Source of the DNA: a virus
Lineage: Duplodnaviria > Caudoviricetes
Virus record (IMG/VR): IMGVR_UViG_3300034175_000204
Coordinates: 1-52,382 of that record
Strand: one strand, 5' to 3'
DNA length: 52,382 nt
Shown here: piece by piece, positions 1 through 9,650 of the stretch
How positions within the stretch are numbered: the stretch's first letter is position 1
Layout of the letters: each line of letters begins with the position of its first letter
Program-made: the position numbers and the translations under genes
The notes under the pieces: model-generated
Told to the model about the DNA's origin: nothing
Database searches by the model: none
What the model saw: only the letters and a program-made list of their open reading frames with translations

Positions 1-1344
1 TTATCCTGACATTCTTGCCTCCTGTCGCAGCGCGGTAGGAGAGCTGGCTCCGGTACGTTTCCGGTGCAGGGAGCCCGGAGCCAGCTTCTCGATCTCGTCC
101 AGGATGGATTGCAGCGCGCGTTGCACGCTCGGGAACTCGCCGATCGCGTAGACCTCGGTCTGACTGCCGGCGCGGTGTCCCATGAACCCTTCCAGATCCC
201 AGCGCTCGGCACCGCGGTTTCGGCAGAGCGTCGCGATGCTGTGGCGGAGCAGGTACGCACGCCACTCGCGGCCCTTCGGCAGATCGAGCTTACCGAGCAT
301 CGTGTCCCACGCGCGGTCGACGTCCTGAACGGGGCGGCCGTGGTAGTTCACCAGCCAGCCGCGGCCGACGCGCGCCTCGGGCGCAAGCGCGAGGTAATCG
401 TCCAGCTCGGCCTGCAGCCACGTCGCGAGCAGCGGCATCACCGGCACCATCGCGCGGTGCTTCTTGTTCTGCGCGCGCCCCCGCGGGTTGAGGTCGATCA
501 GCGGGGCGCCTGGCCACCACTGCTGGCGATCGGGCGCCACGTTGATGTCCACGACGGCACCCGGGCGGGCGATCGTGCAGAGCGATCCGACCAGGAACGC
601 GTGCAGGGATCCCCGCTGCTTTCCCGGCTCCGCCGCGTAGCGGACCATGGCCGCCAACTCCTCGACCCCGACGCGCGTCCGGCGCTTTCGCTGGACCTGC
701 GCCGGCGGCAGGGGCCGGTAGATCGGGCGCTTGTCCGACCGCGGAGGATCGGCGTTCGCAGCGTGGTTCAACACGGCGATGACCTGCGCGATCGACGCCT
801 CGGTTGCGGCGGGAGATCGCGGCCGACTGACTGTCACCTCTCCCTTGCCGTTCCGCCACACGACCGGCTGCAATCGCGACCAGGCGCGCAGCGCATTGGC
901 GAACACGGTCGTGCAGGCGGCCGCGCAGCTCGTCGCGATGCCGAATCGGCCCTCGTCGCCGCGCGCCTCCTCGGCATCGAGGAAGTCGATGACGTGGTTC
1001 AGCCGCGATTCGATCGTGTCGGCCGAGGCGCGGGTGCTTCCCCACTCGAGCTTGTAGTCCGCGATCGCGTCGGTGAGCAGGTACGCCTGTGCCTGGGCGA
1101 GCGGCTGCCCGCACGCGCCGCAGAACGCGGGCGCTTCGTCAGCATCGGCAAGGTAGCGGCGATCGAGCGCTAGGATGGCGTCGCCTTCATCGGCCGTGCC
1201 CGTGCTCGCGCTTCGCTCGCGTCGCGCGTCTGGGTCGTACCAGAAGATGGTGAGGTATGGGCTCCGGCGGGTTCCGTCCGCGCGCTCGTCCCACCCGAGC
1301 CAGTATTTCCCCCGACGATAGACCGGCGGCGTGCGTCGCGACAT
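1..1344 (-). CDS. int: Phage tyrosine recombinase/integrase
   Basis: Catalytic-type motifs TIARPG (R), NKKHR (K), YLLRH, FMGH, EVYA; sits at the prophage end. Confidence 0.85.
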   Translation of the reverse strand: MSRRTPPVYRRGKYWLGWDERADGTRRSPYLTIFWYDPDARRERSASTGTADEGDAILALDRRYLADADEAPAFCGACGQPLAQAQAYLLTDAIADYKLEWGSTRASADTIESRLNHVIDFLDAEEARGDEGRFGIATSCAAACTTVFANALRAWSRLQPVVWRNGKGEVTVSRPRSPAATEASIAQVIAVLNHAANADPPRSDKRPIYRPLPPAQVQRKRRTRVGVEELAAMVRYAAEPGKQRGSLHAFLVGSLCTIARPGAVVDINVAPDRQQWWPGAPLIDLNPRGRAQNKKHRAMVPVMPLLATWLQAELDDYLALAPEARVGRGWLVNYHGRPVQDVDRAWDTMLGKLDLPKGREWRAYLLRHSIATLCRNRGAERWDLEGFMGHRAGSQTEVYAIGEFPSVQRALQSILDEIEKLAPGSLHRKRTGASSPTALRQEARMSG

Positions 1345-1508
1345 GTCGACTGTTCCCTGATGTATTTGGCTTTTGCTTCGCCGGTGATGGTAAAGAGCCC
1401 GAGGGCGCCGAGCAGGTCTAGGTCGCCGGGCTCCAGACGCACGCCCTTGCCGATTTCGGCGGCGCGACTGAGCTTCTGATCGAGCTTGATGATGGAGGGG
1501 GCGTTCAA
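1170..1508 (-). CDS. Small hypothetical protein upstream of int (xis position)
   Basis: TTG start at 1508 coupled to the upstream stop, GGAGA RBS; overlaps the 5' end of int. Confidence 0.5.
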   Translation of the reverse strand: MNAPSIIKLDQKLSRAAEIGKGVRLEPGDLDLLGALGLFTITGEAKAKYIREQSTCRDARRRSIVGGNTGSGGTSARTEPAGAHTSPSSGTTQTRDASEARARARPMKATPS

Positions 1509-3046
1509 CTCGGGTCTCCCATGAGCCCAGGCGCGAGGCCCAGCTTCTTGTGGTGGTCGGAGATCAGCTCGGCCGCCTTTAGCTCGGCCACGCGGCCGCT
1601 GAAGGCACCGCCGGTCGGGACCATGTTGGCGAGTGCGGCGAGCTGCTGACGCGTGACAGGCCGCGGGTGGACGTCGGCCATGAGTTTGAGCAGCCGGCCG
1701 GCAGCGCCAAGGCGCTGGGCCCACCAAGCGACTAGCGCAGGGCCGGGCTCAGGCATTGACGGCACCGATCCGCCTGCCGCGGCGACGCCACTGTCAGTGG
1801 CGTACCAGCGGCCGTCGCGGCGCTCGATCCAGCCCGCTTCGACGAAGCGCCGACGACGGGCGTTCCACGCGCCGCCTTTGCGACTGTAGCCCGCACGTGC
1901 CGCCCATGCCGCCTCGGTCAAGCCGGCCGGGTGGATGGCCGCGAGGGTGCCGAGCGCGCCGAAATCGGAAGCGGACGCCCGAGCCGTCGCCCGGGCGTCC
2001 TCAACGGCGGACGTCGCCTCCGTGCCCTCCGCCGCTGTCCCGGAATCGGGTTCGGCACCCGAAACTGCATCGCTGGAATGCATGTTTGCATTCCCCGCCA
2101 GCGCCTCCTCGAGGCGCGCCACCCGCTCGAGCAACTGCTCCCATGCTCGAGGAGATGTGGCTTCTGCCTCGGCGATCGGATCGGCTGGCCCCTTTCCGGC
2201 GGCGAGGGCCTCCGCCAACGCGGCGAAGTCGACATCGGCGAGCGCCTGGGGCTCGGCTGCGTCGACGCCGGCGATCGGCGCGGCCGAGCTGTCGAAGGTC
2301 GTCAGCGCCGGAGAGCAGCCGCGCTCGAGCACGCTTTCGACCGGGCTGTAGACCCAGCGCTCGCCGCGCTTCAGCCCCGCAAGTGAGCCGAGGACCTGTT
2401 TGCGGGTCGCAGCATCCGCGTGGCTCTTCAGATATCGGTCGATCGGCGCCTGATCTTGCGGTGCGATCAGCCGGTGGATCACCATCGTCTGCGCCAGCGC
2501 GAGCACCGACTTGGCGATGTCGGCCGGCCGCTGGGTGATGACGGTCAGCACGAAGCCGCGGATGCGGCCGCGCTTCGCGATCCACGCGAGCGCCCGCCTC
2601 AGCTGGAACGCGTCGCTGTCTGGTACCAGCTCGGGCGCGAGCTCGTCGGCCTCATCGATGACGAGGTGCAGGTTGCCGATCGACTTGGTCCGCATTCGGG
2701 AGATGAAGGCGAGCGAAAAGGCGCGCTGCTCCTCCTCGTCCATCTCGCTGAGGTCGAGGATGGCCGAAACGCGCTGATCTATTAGCAGCTCGGCAACGCG
2801 CACGCCGTCGTCGGCGTCGATCGGCGCGTTCGCGTGCAGACCTCCGAAGATCGGGATGCGCACACCCGGGCCGTCGCCGGCGGCGTTCGACTGCATGCCC
2901 CACCACGCGCCGGTCGGATCGAGCACCACCACCTGGCGACCATCGACTAGCAGCTGCTCGACATAGCCCTTGCCGGTGACCGTCTTGCCGGCGCCAGTGG
3001 TGCCGACGATCGCCGTGTGCGTCTCGAGGAAGGCTGGGACGCTCAC
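1505..3046 (-). CDS. HerA/FtsK-like (DUF87) P-loop ATPase with C-terminal winged-helix-like repeats
   Basis: Walker A GTTGAGKT, VVLDPTG, Walker B LVIDEA, KRGRIRG, ITQRPA; GTG start at 3046 coupled to the upstream stop. Confidence 0.8.
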   Translation of the reverse strand: MSVPAFLETHTAIVGTTGAGKTVTGKGYVEQLLVDGRQVVVLDPTGAWWGMQSNAAGDGPGVRIPIFGGLHANAPIDADDGVRVAELLIDQRVSAILDLSEMDEEEQRAFSLAFISRMRTKSIGNLHLVIDEADELAPELVPDSDAFQLRRALAWIAKRGRIRGFVLTVITQRPADIAKSVLALAQTMVIHRLIAPQDQAPIDRYLKSHADAATRKQVLGSLAGLKRGERWVYSPVESVLERGCSPALTTFDSSAAPIAGVDAAEPQALADVDFAALAEALAAGKGPADPIAEAEATSPRAWEQLLERVARLEEALAGNANMHSSDAVSGAEPDSGTAAEGTEATSAVEDARATARASASDFGALGTLAAIHPAGLTEAAWAARAGYSRKGGAWNARRRRFVEAGWIERRDGRWYATDSGVAAAGGSVPSMPEPGPALVAWWAQRLGAAGRLLKLMADVHPRPVTRQQLAALANMVPTGGAFSGRVAELKAAELISDHHKKLGLAPGLMGDPS

Positions 3047-3261
3047 GCCAGGGCACCCGCGGCGATCATCGCCGATACCGTGATCTCGGCGGTCATGCGC
3101 GGGCGAACGTCGCCGGGCGCGCCGATTCCCACGACGCCAAGCACCTGCGGAGAGACGTCGACCTGGGTGAAGATCACTGGATCGATTTCGGACACCCATC
3201 GGCCGAGCAGATCGACCAGCGCGCGGCGGCGAAGATCCTGATACGTCTTGGCCGCGTTCAC
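3043..3261 (-). CDS. Hypothetical protein
   Basis: Translationally coupled ORF in the leftward operon. Confidence 0.55.
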   Translation of the reverse strand: MNAAKTYQDLRRRALVDLLGRWVSEIDPVIFTQVDVSPQVLGVVGIGAPGDVRPRMTAEITVSAMIAAGALA

Positions 3262-3542
3262 GCCCGCCGCCTCACGGCGAAGCCCAGGCGGCGGCGCGCT
3301 GCTCCATTCCGAAGGGTGCGGCCCCGAGGTCCAGCTTCACGATCGGACGCGGTGCCGCCGCCCCGGGGCTCGAGGCTCGGGGCTCGGGGCTCGGGGCTCG
3401 GGGCTCGGGGCTCGGGGCTCGGGGCTCGGGGCTCGGGGCTCGGCGGGGACGTCGCCGGTGGCGCGGCTGCGTCAAGCCCCAGCCGCCGGCGCTGCCACGG
3501 TGCGAGCTGGCGGCGCGCGATGCGGACGCGCAGCGCGCTCAC
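3258..3542 (-). CDS. Hypothetical protein containing a heptamer tandem repeat (SPEPRAP)n
   Basis: Start and stop coupled to its neighbours. Confidence 0.45.
   Translation of the reverse strand: MSALRVRIARRQLAPWQRRRLGLDAAAPPATSPPSPEPRAPSPEPRAPSPEPRAPSLEPRGGGTASDREAGPRGRTLRNGAARRRLGFAVRRRA
3364..3440. repeat. Tandem repeat (CGGGGCT)x11, unit 2 is CGAGGCT
   Basis: 77 bp read directly from the sequence. Confidence 0.95.
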
Positions 3543-3796
3543 AGCGCCAGCTCCGGCTCGTCGCCGAGCTCGGCGAATATGTGGCGAGGCACGCGATACG
3601 CGAGGACGTCGGTCCAGCGGATGTCGCCCGCCTCACGCGGCGGCTTCAGCTCGCAGGCGAGCGTGACAGTCTCGACCTCGACGTCGCGCTCGAGATTCGG
3701 CCACTCCCAAGCGTTCAGACGACGGAAGCCGCGCATGGCGAGGAAGCTGTCGAGCGGCCAATCGAGGCCGGCGGCGCGGATCGTGGCTGCGGTCAT
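3539..3796 (-). CDS. Hypothetical protein
   Basis: Coupled ORF with protein-like composition. Confidence 0.6.
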   Translation of the reverse strand: MTAATIRAAGLDWPLDSFLAMRGFRRLNAWEWPNLERDVEVETVTLACELKPPREAGDIRWTDVLAYRVPRHIFAELGDEPELAL

Positions 3797-4113
3797 GCCG
3801 CGCCCCGAGCGCTTGCGCGCTGCTGCTCGATTTCCGCGAGCGTCTTCAGATAGTCCGGCTTCAGCTCTCCGGCCTGCATTCGGATCAGGTCCGCGAAGGT
3901 GTCGAAGATCTCGGCCGGGTCAGTGTCCGGCTTCCTGATCTGCATCGCGACCATCACCGCGGCACCGAGCACGCCCGCGGCGATCTTCATCATTAGGACC
4001 GTCGTGTCGTGAGAGCCGAGGACGTGCTGGGCGAGCCTCATCTCGCGCTGGAGATCGTCCTGCAGCTTGCGCGTGATCTTGCGGCCGAGATCGGCGAGGA
4101 TCTGCTCGCTCAC
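3793..4113 (-). CDS. Hypothetical protein
   Basis: Coupled ORF, helical composition. Confidence 0.65.
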   Translation of the reverse strand: MSEQILADLGRKITRKLQDDLQREMRLAQHVLGSHDTTVLMMKIAAGVLGAAVMVAMQIRKPDTDPAEIFDTFADLIRMQAGELKPDYLKTLAEIEQQRASARGAA

Positions 4114-6047
4114 TCTGCCGCCTCGATCAGTTCGAGGACGACCGATTCATCGGCCGGGCCCGGATCGCCGACGCCGCCGCCCTCCTGAGGCGGGGTGAAC
4201 GCCAGCAGAGGGTGTACCCAATCGTCCGCCGCGGCGCGGCAGCGGCGGGGGACGGCGTGGCCGGCGCCGTTCAGCGCCTGGGCGAGCAGGATGGTAAGTT
4301 CATCCGCCTTCGCCTTGCTCCACCGCGCGAGGCTGCCGGCATCGATGAGCGGTTCGGCGATCGCGAGCTGCTGCGCCTTCGGGAAGAGCGCCAGAAACTC
4401 GGCCGTCGGCGACCAGAGCGTGCGGATCGTGGCGGGGGTGCCGCGCGTCATCGCCGCGACCGCGGCGTGCGCCCGATGATCGAACCCAGGCGCGGCGGCG
4501 CTCCGCTCCAGCAGCAGTCCGGCGAGCACCGCACCGGCCAAGCGGCGATGCTGCTCGCCGGCGTTCAGGAAGTTGATGAACGCCGCGTCGTGATCCGCCT
4601 CGGTCATGAAGGTCTCGGCTGCGAGATCCTTCACCGCTGCCGTCCAGACGCAATGCGCCTGCTGCTCCTCGACCCGCTCGCGCGCGAGCTCGAACCCTGC
4701 GGTGGTGGTGCCGACCTCGTGATCGCTCGGGTTCGCCGCGCGCAAGCCCACCTGCTGGCGGGTCAGCAGCGTGCGCAGCTGCGCCCAGACCGCGTAGCTG
4801 CGGCCGACCTCACCACCGCGCTGCGCGTCCTCGACGATCAGCGCGCGCAGGGTCTCGCGGCGGACCGCGCGGATGGCGAACAGCGCCTCGGCCGACACGC
4901 CGTGCTCCTCGCGCGCGGCCGCCTTGGCAGGCTGGCCGTAGGTGTACGGGTCAGTGAGCGCTGCCGCGCCCTCCGCCCTGGGCGCACTCGCCCTGGTCTC
5001 GGCCTTGCCGGCTGGGCTGCCGTGCTTGGCCTTGCGGCTTTCCCACCAGTAGCTGACCTGCGGCTCGCCGGATTCGGTGACGTCGACCCAGGCGACAACG
5101 CCGTCGGCGATCTCCAGGCCACCGCCGACCTTCGCCCTAACGCTGGCGCGCAGCGTCTCGTCGGTGCCGCCGTAGCCGTTGCGCGGGGGCGCATCGACGA
5201 AGCGCAGGTCGGGGCGGGTCGAAAGCCGCGTCTGCACCTTGACCTGCTCGAGCCGCTCCTGGGCGAGCTTGGCGAGCAGGCCCTCGTCGACGACGCGGCC
5301 ACGCTGCTCCGCCTCATCGGCGAACAGGTCCAACTCGAAGCGTCCGCCAGCGGCGCGGTAGGCATCATCGCCGACCAGGCGGAGCCGGCGAAGGCCCGCG
5401 CGATCGCCAATCTTCATCGCCGCGCGGATCTTCTCAGGCGTGCGCAGGTAGGGATCGAGGTTGCGCAGCTGCTCGAACGTGGCAAGCTGCAGCTGCTGGT
5501 CTGCCGTTGCGGCATAGGCCCGCGCGGCGTCGATCGACAACTCGCCCTGGCTCAGCGTCTCGAAGATCGGCGGCGCGAGCTGACCGACGCGCATCTGGCG
5601 CCGCACGCGGTCGAGCGGCTGGCCGAGTGCGATGGCGATCGCCTCCGCGCTCTCACCCTTGGCAGCGAGACTGGCGACCGCTGCGCACACCTCATAATCC
5701 TGAAGATCGCGGCGCTGGATGTTCTCGCCAAGCGACAGCTCGATGATCTCGATATCGCTGTAGCCGCGATAGACCTCGACGCGGACCGGCCAGTCGGCCG
5801 GCAGGTCGCCGCGCGCCACCAGGTTCTTGATCGAGCGCGCGCGACGGCCGCCGGCGAAGGCGCCGAATTTCTTCGAGCCAAGCATCGGGTGGACGTTCAG
5901 CGGCTGGATCAGGCCGCGGCCGAGGATCGACGCCTCCATCGCGCTGAGCTCGACGATGTCCTTGCGGTGTCGGCGCACGTTGAACCGACTGACCTCGATC
6001 TGGTCGATGGTCATGGTTTCGGAGGTTCTGGTCTGGGTGCTAGGCAT
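4110..6047 (-). CDS. ParB/RepB/Spo0J-family protein (long form)
   Basis: SILGRGLIQPLNV, AGGRR, SLGENIQRRDL, followed by an HTH. Confidence 0.85.
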   Translation of the reverse strand: MPSTQTRTSETMTIDQIEVSRFNVRRHRKDIVELSAMEASILGRGLIQPLNVHPMLGSKKFGAFAGGRRARSIKNLVARGDLPADWPVRVEVYRGYSDIEIIELSLGENIQRRDLQDYEVCAAVASLAAKGESAEAIAIALGQPLDRVRRQMRVGQLAPPIFETLSQGELSIDAARAYAATADQQLQLATFEQLRNLDPYLRTPEKIRAAMKIGDRAGLRRLRLVGDDAYRAAGGRFELDLFADEAEQRGRVVDEGLLAKLAQERLEQVKVQTRLSTRPDLRFVDAPPRNGYGGTDETLRASVRAKVGGGLEIADGVVAWVDVTESGEPQVSYWWESRKAKHGSPAGKAETRASAPRAEGAAALTDPYTYGQPAKAAAREEHGVSAEALFAIRAVRRETLRALIVEDAQRGGEVGRSYAVWAQLRTLLTRQQVGLRAANPSDHEVGTTTAGFELARERVEEQQAHCVWTAAVKDLAAETFMTEADHDAAFINFLNAGEQHRRLAGAVLAGLLLERSAAAPGFDHRAHAAVAAMTRGTPATIRTLWSPTAEFLALFPKAQQLAIAEPLIDAGSLARWSKAKADELTILLAQALNGAGHAVPRRCRAAADDWVHPLLAFTPPQEGGGVGDPGPADESVVLELIEAAE

Positions 6048-6429
6048 GGTTGGGCTCCGGCGTTTGGCCGCGAGCGCGTGTCTCGACTGGGCGGCTGTGA
6101 AGGGCGCTCACATCGGCGGCGGTAACCGCCGGTGCGTCGGATCGGGGAGCGGGGGCGCCATCCGGCCGCCCCCGCGAACTGGCGGAAGCGGTCAGCGCGA
6201 TCGCGTCCTCGATGTCGGTCTGGCGCGGATCAACGCCGGCGCGGCCGTAGCGGATCGACATGGCGATGTCGCACCAGGTCGGATGACCGGTCCGGTCGTG
6301 GTGCTGGGCCGCGAGCGCCTGCGCGTTGGCGGACGTCCAGCGCGCGTCGGCGCCGTGGCATACGAAGCACCCCGCCCGCAGATCGCGGACGTTCGAGGTT
6401 CGTCGCTGGAGAACGAGGGGCAGCTTCAT
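6040..6429 (-). CDS. Hypothetical protein, possible Zn-finger (CFVC...HH...H...C)
   Basis: ATG at 6429 coupled to the upstream stop. Confidence 0.55.
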   Translation of the reverse strand: MKLPLVLQRRTSNVRDLRAGCFVCHGADARWTSANAQALAAQHHDRTGHPTWCDIAMSIRYGRAGVDPRQTDIEDAIALTASASSRGRPDGAPAPRSDAPAVTAADVSALHSRPVETRARGQTPEPNHA

Positions 6430-6872
6430 GCCGGCCGTCCCAGCCATGCGAAATAGCGCACGAGCGATTCCGCTGTCGCGGGTGCGAGACGGATCAGCAC
6501 GCGGCGGTGATCGCTCCGGTCGTCCTCGCGGACGAGGACGCCGGCGTCGACCATTACCGCAATCCAGCGCAGCGCGGTCGTCGGCGGCACCGCGGCCGCG
6601 ACGCACAGGCTGCCGACCGACACGTCGGCGCCTCGGCCGGTGCGGTCGTGCAGGTCGAGCAGCATGTCCCAGCCCGGCTCGCCGAACAGGTCGGCGGAGA
6701 AGAAGCGGTCGCGGCCGCGGCGCGCGCGGAGGATCGATGCAGGATTGGGGGCGATGGGTGGCAGCTGGACGACCTGCTGCTCGATCACCCGAACCGCCGA
6801 GAGGCGCGTCTCCAGGACACGATCGAGCGCGTGAACGAAGCGACGCTCCATGTTTTCACAGCACACGCTCAT
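6426..6872 (-). CDS. MarR-like winged-helix protein
   Basis: RDRFFSADLFGEPGWDMLLDL...PPTTALRWI...DRSDHRR. Confidence 0.75.
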   Translation of the reverse strand: MSVCCENMERRFVHALDRVLETRLSAVRVIEQQVVQLPPIAPNPASILRARRGRDRFFSADLFGEPGWDMLLDLHDRTGRGADVSVGSLCVAAAVPPTTALRWIAVMVDAGVLVREDDRSDHRRVLIRLAPATAESLVRYFAWLGRPA

Positions 6873-7216
6873 GCCGCCTGCCGCCCGAGTTCGCTGCGGA
6901 TCTCGGTCCAGAGATCGCGGGCGCGGGGCAGCGCGAGCCGGGCGGCGTAAGCGGCGACGGTGAGCGTCGGTGCGCCGTCGGCCATCGCTTCGGCCAGCGC
7001 GGCCTTGTGCTGGCGGCGCAGCTGCGCGTTGCTGACGATCGGCCCTTCGCCGGCGACCGGCAGGCGCGGGTCGCCCCGCTGGCGCTGGCGGTGGACGACG
7101 CCGGCGACCTGGCTGCGGCTCAGCCCGAGAGCTTCGCCGGTCTGACCGAACGTGCGGCCTTGCGCGACCTGCTCGACGATCGCGTCGATGATTGCCGGGG
7201 CGAGTGGCTGGGGCAT
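6869..7216 (-). CDS. HTH protein resembling the GcrA N-terminus
   Basis: GRTFGQTGEALGLSRSQVAGVVHR. Confidence 0.5.
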   Translation of the reverse strand: MPQPLAPAIIDAIVEQVAQGRTFGQTGEALGLSRSQVAGVVHRQRQRGDPRLPVAGEGPIVSNAQLRRQHKAALAEAMADGAPTLTVAAYAARLALPRARDLWTEIRSELGRQAA

Positions 7217-7491
7217 CAGATCATGCCCAGCGCTTGCATGTACGTCTCGAGAATCGCCTCTTCTTCCTGGAACTCCTCCTTCTTTTTCTTGCGGATCGTC
7301 AGGATGCGGCGGATCGCCGTCGGGTCGTATCCGCGGCCCTTTGCCTCGGCCATCACGTCCTTGATATCGTCGGCGATGCCCTTCTTCTCTTCCTCGAGCC
7401 GCTCGGCGCGCTCAATGAGCAGGCGCAGTTCGTCGGCCGCGACCCTGCCGCCACCCATCCCCTCCGCGCGATCTTCAGCCACTGGCGCCAC
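7216..7491 (-). CDS. gapR: GapR/DUF2312 (UPF0335) nucleoid-associated protein
   Basis: [39 protein letters not shown]...[15 protein letters not shown]. Confidence 0.9.
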   Translation of the reverse strand: MAPVAEDRAEGMGGGRVAADELRLLIERAERLEEEKKGIADDIKDVMAEAKGRGYDPTAIRRILTIRKKKKEEFQEEEAILETYMQALGMI

Positions 7492-7801
7492 CGCGGAACA
7501 GGACGCCGACGAACTCCGCGACCGAACGATCGCTGATGTTCGCCATCGCCACGGCCATTGCGGTTTCGGGGTCGACGCGTTTGCGCTGCATGAGCCGGGC
7601 GGTGAGCTGCAGGGCGACGAAGCTGCCGATGTGTGCCAACGCCGACAGCGCGTCGTTCTCGCGCTCCGCTGCTACGCCCGGCAACGCGTCGATCCGGGCG
7701 AAGGCATCGTCCAACATCGGCTTGAGCTGGTCGACGACAGCCTGTCCGATCTCGGCGGCTTCGCCGAGCATCGGCGAGACAATTGGGCGCGCGTCGACCA
7801 T
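7475..7801 (-). CDS. Hypothetical protein
   Basis: Coupled ORF. Confidence 0.6.
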   Translation of the reverse strand: MVDARPIVSPMLGEAAEIGQAVVDQLKPMLDDAFARIDALPGVAAERENDALSALAHIGSFVALQLTARLMQRKRVDPETAMAVAMANISDRSVAEFVGVLFRGGASG

Positions 7802-8061
7802 TACAGCCCCACGACCGACAGCAGCGCCGCGGCGGCGCCGGCGGGATCGATGATGAACGCGATTGCGGTGCCGACCAGCGCGCCGGCGCAGGCCAGCTTG
7901 CCCATCGCCGTGCCCTCGAGCGTGCCAGGGCTGACCGGCGCTGACTGCCGGCAGGGGCGGCAGCGACAGTCATTCGGGTGAAGCTCCAGCCGATAGGCGT
8001 CGAGGTCGTAGACGCGGCCGCCATATGCGCCGGTGTGGAAGCGTTGCTTCGGTCGGGTCAT
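7801..8061 (-). CDS. Hypothetical protein with CxCxxC and a C-terminal hydrophobic segment
   Basis: ATG at 8061 (MTRPKQR...) with GGAG RBS. Confidence 0.55.
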   Translation of the reverse strand: MTRPKQRFHTGAYGGRVYDLDAYRLELHPNDCRCRPCRQSAPVSPGTLEGTAMGKLACAGALVGTAIAFIIDPAGAAAALLSVVGL

Positions 8062-8231
8062 CGTGAGGTCTCCCGTGTGATGGAGCGCAGGCGCTCGAAG
8101 CTCCGGACGAGGAGCAGGACGGCCGCGGCGAGTGCGACGGCGGCGGTGCGGGGGCGGTCGAACAGCGCCAGGGTGGTCGCGGCGCCGGAAAGCGCCGTCG
8201 CGACCGCGTTGAGGAGGTAGATCGGCCTCAT
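8058..8231 (-). CDS. Small hydrophobic protein, 57 aa (MRPIYLLNAV...), below the ORF-track cutoff
   Basis: ATGA overlaps at both ends. Confidence 0.55.
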   Translation of the reverse strand: MRPIYLLNAVATALSGAATTLALFDRPRTAAVALAAAVLLLVRSFERLRSITRETSR

Positions 8232-8590
8232 GCCGCCGCGGCGTCCGGAACACAGGCGCTGCAGAGATCGGGCTCAGCCCAGGAGCAGCCGCTCGGGCAT
8301 GCTCGATCGTCGGTGCACCCACAGGTCCGGCAGATCTGCGGCACATCGGCCGGCCGATGGGCGTGCGCCTCGACAAGCTGGCCGAGGACGTCGAGGTCGA
8401 TCGAGATCGCGACGGCGAACACCAGCGCCATCGCCAGCGACACGGGCAGGATATCGGCCTCTATGGTCCTGATCAGCTCTGCGCGGGCGATGTGCTTGTC
8501 GGCTGGAACGCTGCCGATCATCAGCGCGAGGTCGTCGATCGAGAGGTCATCGGCCTGGCGGCGGAGGCGCAGATAGGTCCCGGGCGTCAC
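8228..8590 (-). CDS. XRE-like HTH protein with C-terminal Cys-rich Zn motif
   Basis: TPGTYLRLRRQADDLSIDDLA; CRTCGC...C...C...CSAC. Confidence 0.65.
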   Translation of the reverse strand: MTPGTYLRLRRQADDLSIDDLALMIGSVPADKHIARAELIRTIEADILPVSLAMALVFAVAISIDLDVLGQLVEAHAHRPADVPQICRTCGCTDDRACPSGCSWAEPDLCSACVPDAAAA

Positions 8591-8814
8591 AGCGCGATTC
8601 CGCGGGGTTCGGCCGCACCGGCCGGCGCCGGCGCATCGACGCGGTGTTGCAGCGCGGCGGCCAGCAGCTGCTCGGCCCCGCGGATCATGGCGCGCGCGCG
8701 GCCGATCTGCACGGCGGCGCTGATCGAGGGCGCCGCCTCCTGTACCGCCTTCAGCGGCTGGTCCGCGTCGCGCAGCTGGGCGCGGGCGGCGTTGAGATCG
8801 TCACGGTTGGACAT
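8587..8814 (-). CDS. Hypothetical protein
   Basis: ATG at 8814; coupled to the downstream gene. Confidence 0.5.
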   Translation of the reverse strand: MSNRDDLNAARAQLRDADQPLKAVQEAAPSISAAVQIGRARAMIRGAEQLLAAALQHRVDAPAPAGAAEPRGIAL

Positions 8815-8916
8815 CGGCGGGTTTCCGGGCACGCAAGGAGCCGTCTCCGCCGAACGAGGATCGGCAAAGCGGGCAGGGTGGTGAGGGTGTCGGGTCGGTG
8901 GCGTCCCGCCTGGGCG

Positions 8917-9384
8917 TCAGGGCGGGGGCTTGGGCGGCGGACCCTCCGCGAGCAGCGGCAGCGCTGCTTTCATCTCGAGGATCGCGTCTTCGACCTCGTG
9001 GCGCGCGGTGGCGCGATCGGCGGCGGTGGCGCCGGGCAGGATGGCGCGGACAAGCGCGCGTTCGGCTTCGGCGGCTTCCTTGATGACCGAGCAGGTCTGT
9101 TCGGCGAGCGCGAGCTGGTCACCGAAGGCGGCGGCCTGGGCATGGTCGACCAGCAGCGTGAAGGTCTCCAGCATCGGCCGGGCACCGCCGCCGCCGGCGA
9201 GGTAGGCGAGGTCGAGCGCCACCGCCGCGGTGACGGTGCACTGTCGGCCGGTGTCGGGATCGCTCCAGTCGCGAACGGTGCGTTCGGCCTGACCGGTTGC
9301 GGCGGCCATCGCGGGCCAGCCGATCTGGCCGGCGATCCGCGACAGCGCGTTGTCGAAGGTGACGGGGGCGCGGACCTTGGTCAT
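8917..9384 (-). CDS. CII-like phage regulatory protein
   Basis: HTH (AERTVRDWSDPD) and IKEAAEA...EVEDAI; located downstream of cro. Confidence 0.6.
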   Translation of the reverse strand: MTKVRAPVTFDNALSRIAGQIGWPAMAAATGQAERTVRDWSDPDTGRQCTVTAAVALDLAYLAGGGGARPMLETFTLLVDHAQAAAFGDQLALAEQTCSVIKEAAEAERALVRAILPGATAADRATARHEVEDAILEMKAALPLLAEGPPPKPPP

Positions 9385-9650
9385 CGCGCGGCGCTCCCCG
9401 CAAAACGCGGCGCCGACCGCAAACGACGATCGGCGCCAGGCGCGTTACCATCGAGGGAGTGGCAGACGATTGGGGACACGCACGACGTCCGGGGTTCGTG
9501 GTCGGGCGACGTGCGGGCTCCGGCCGGTCTGCCAGCGGCCGAAGGGGAATGGGATGGGCGGGGCCGGGTGTGGGAGCCTTTGGGGGAGCGGCTTGTGGCC
9601 GCTCCCCGTCCGGCTACAGTCGGCGTGCAACCAACGACTGGAGAGGATGA

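Noticed and set aside
3364-3440. Possible CRISPR array
   Set aside because: Contiguous 7-mer microsatellite with no spacers and no cas genes
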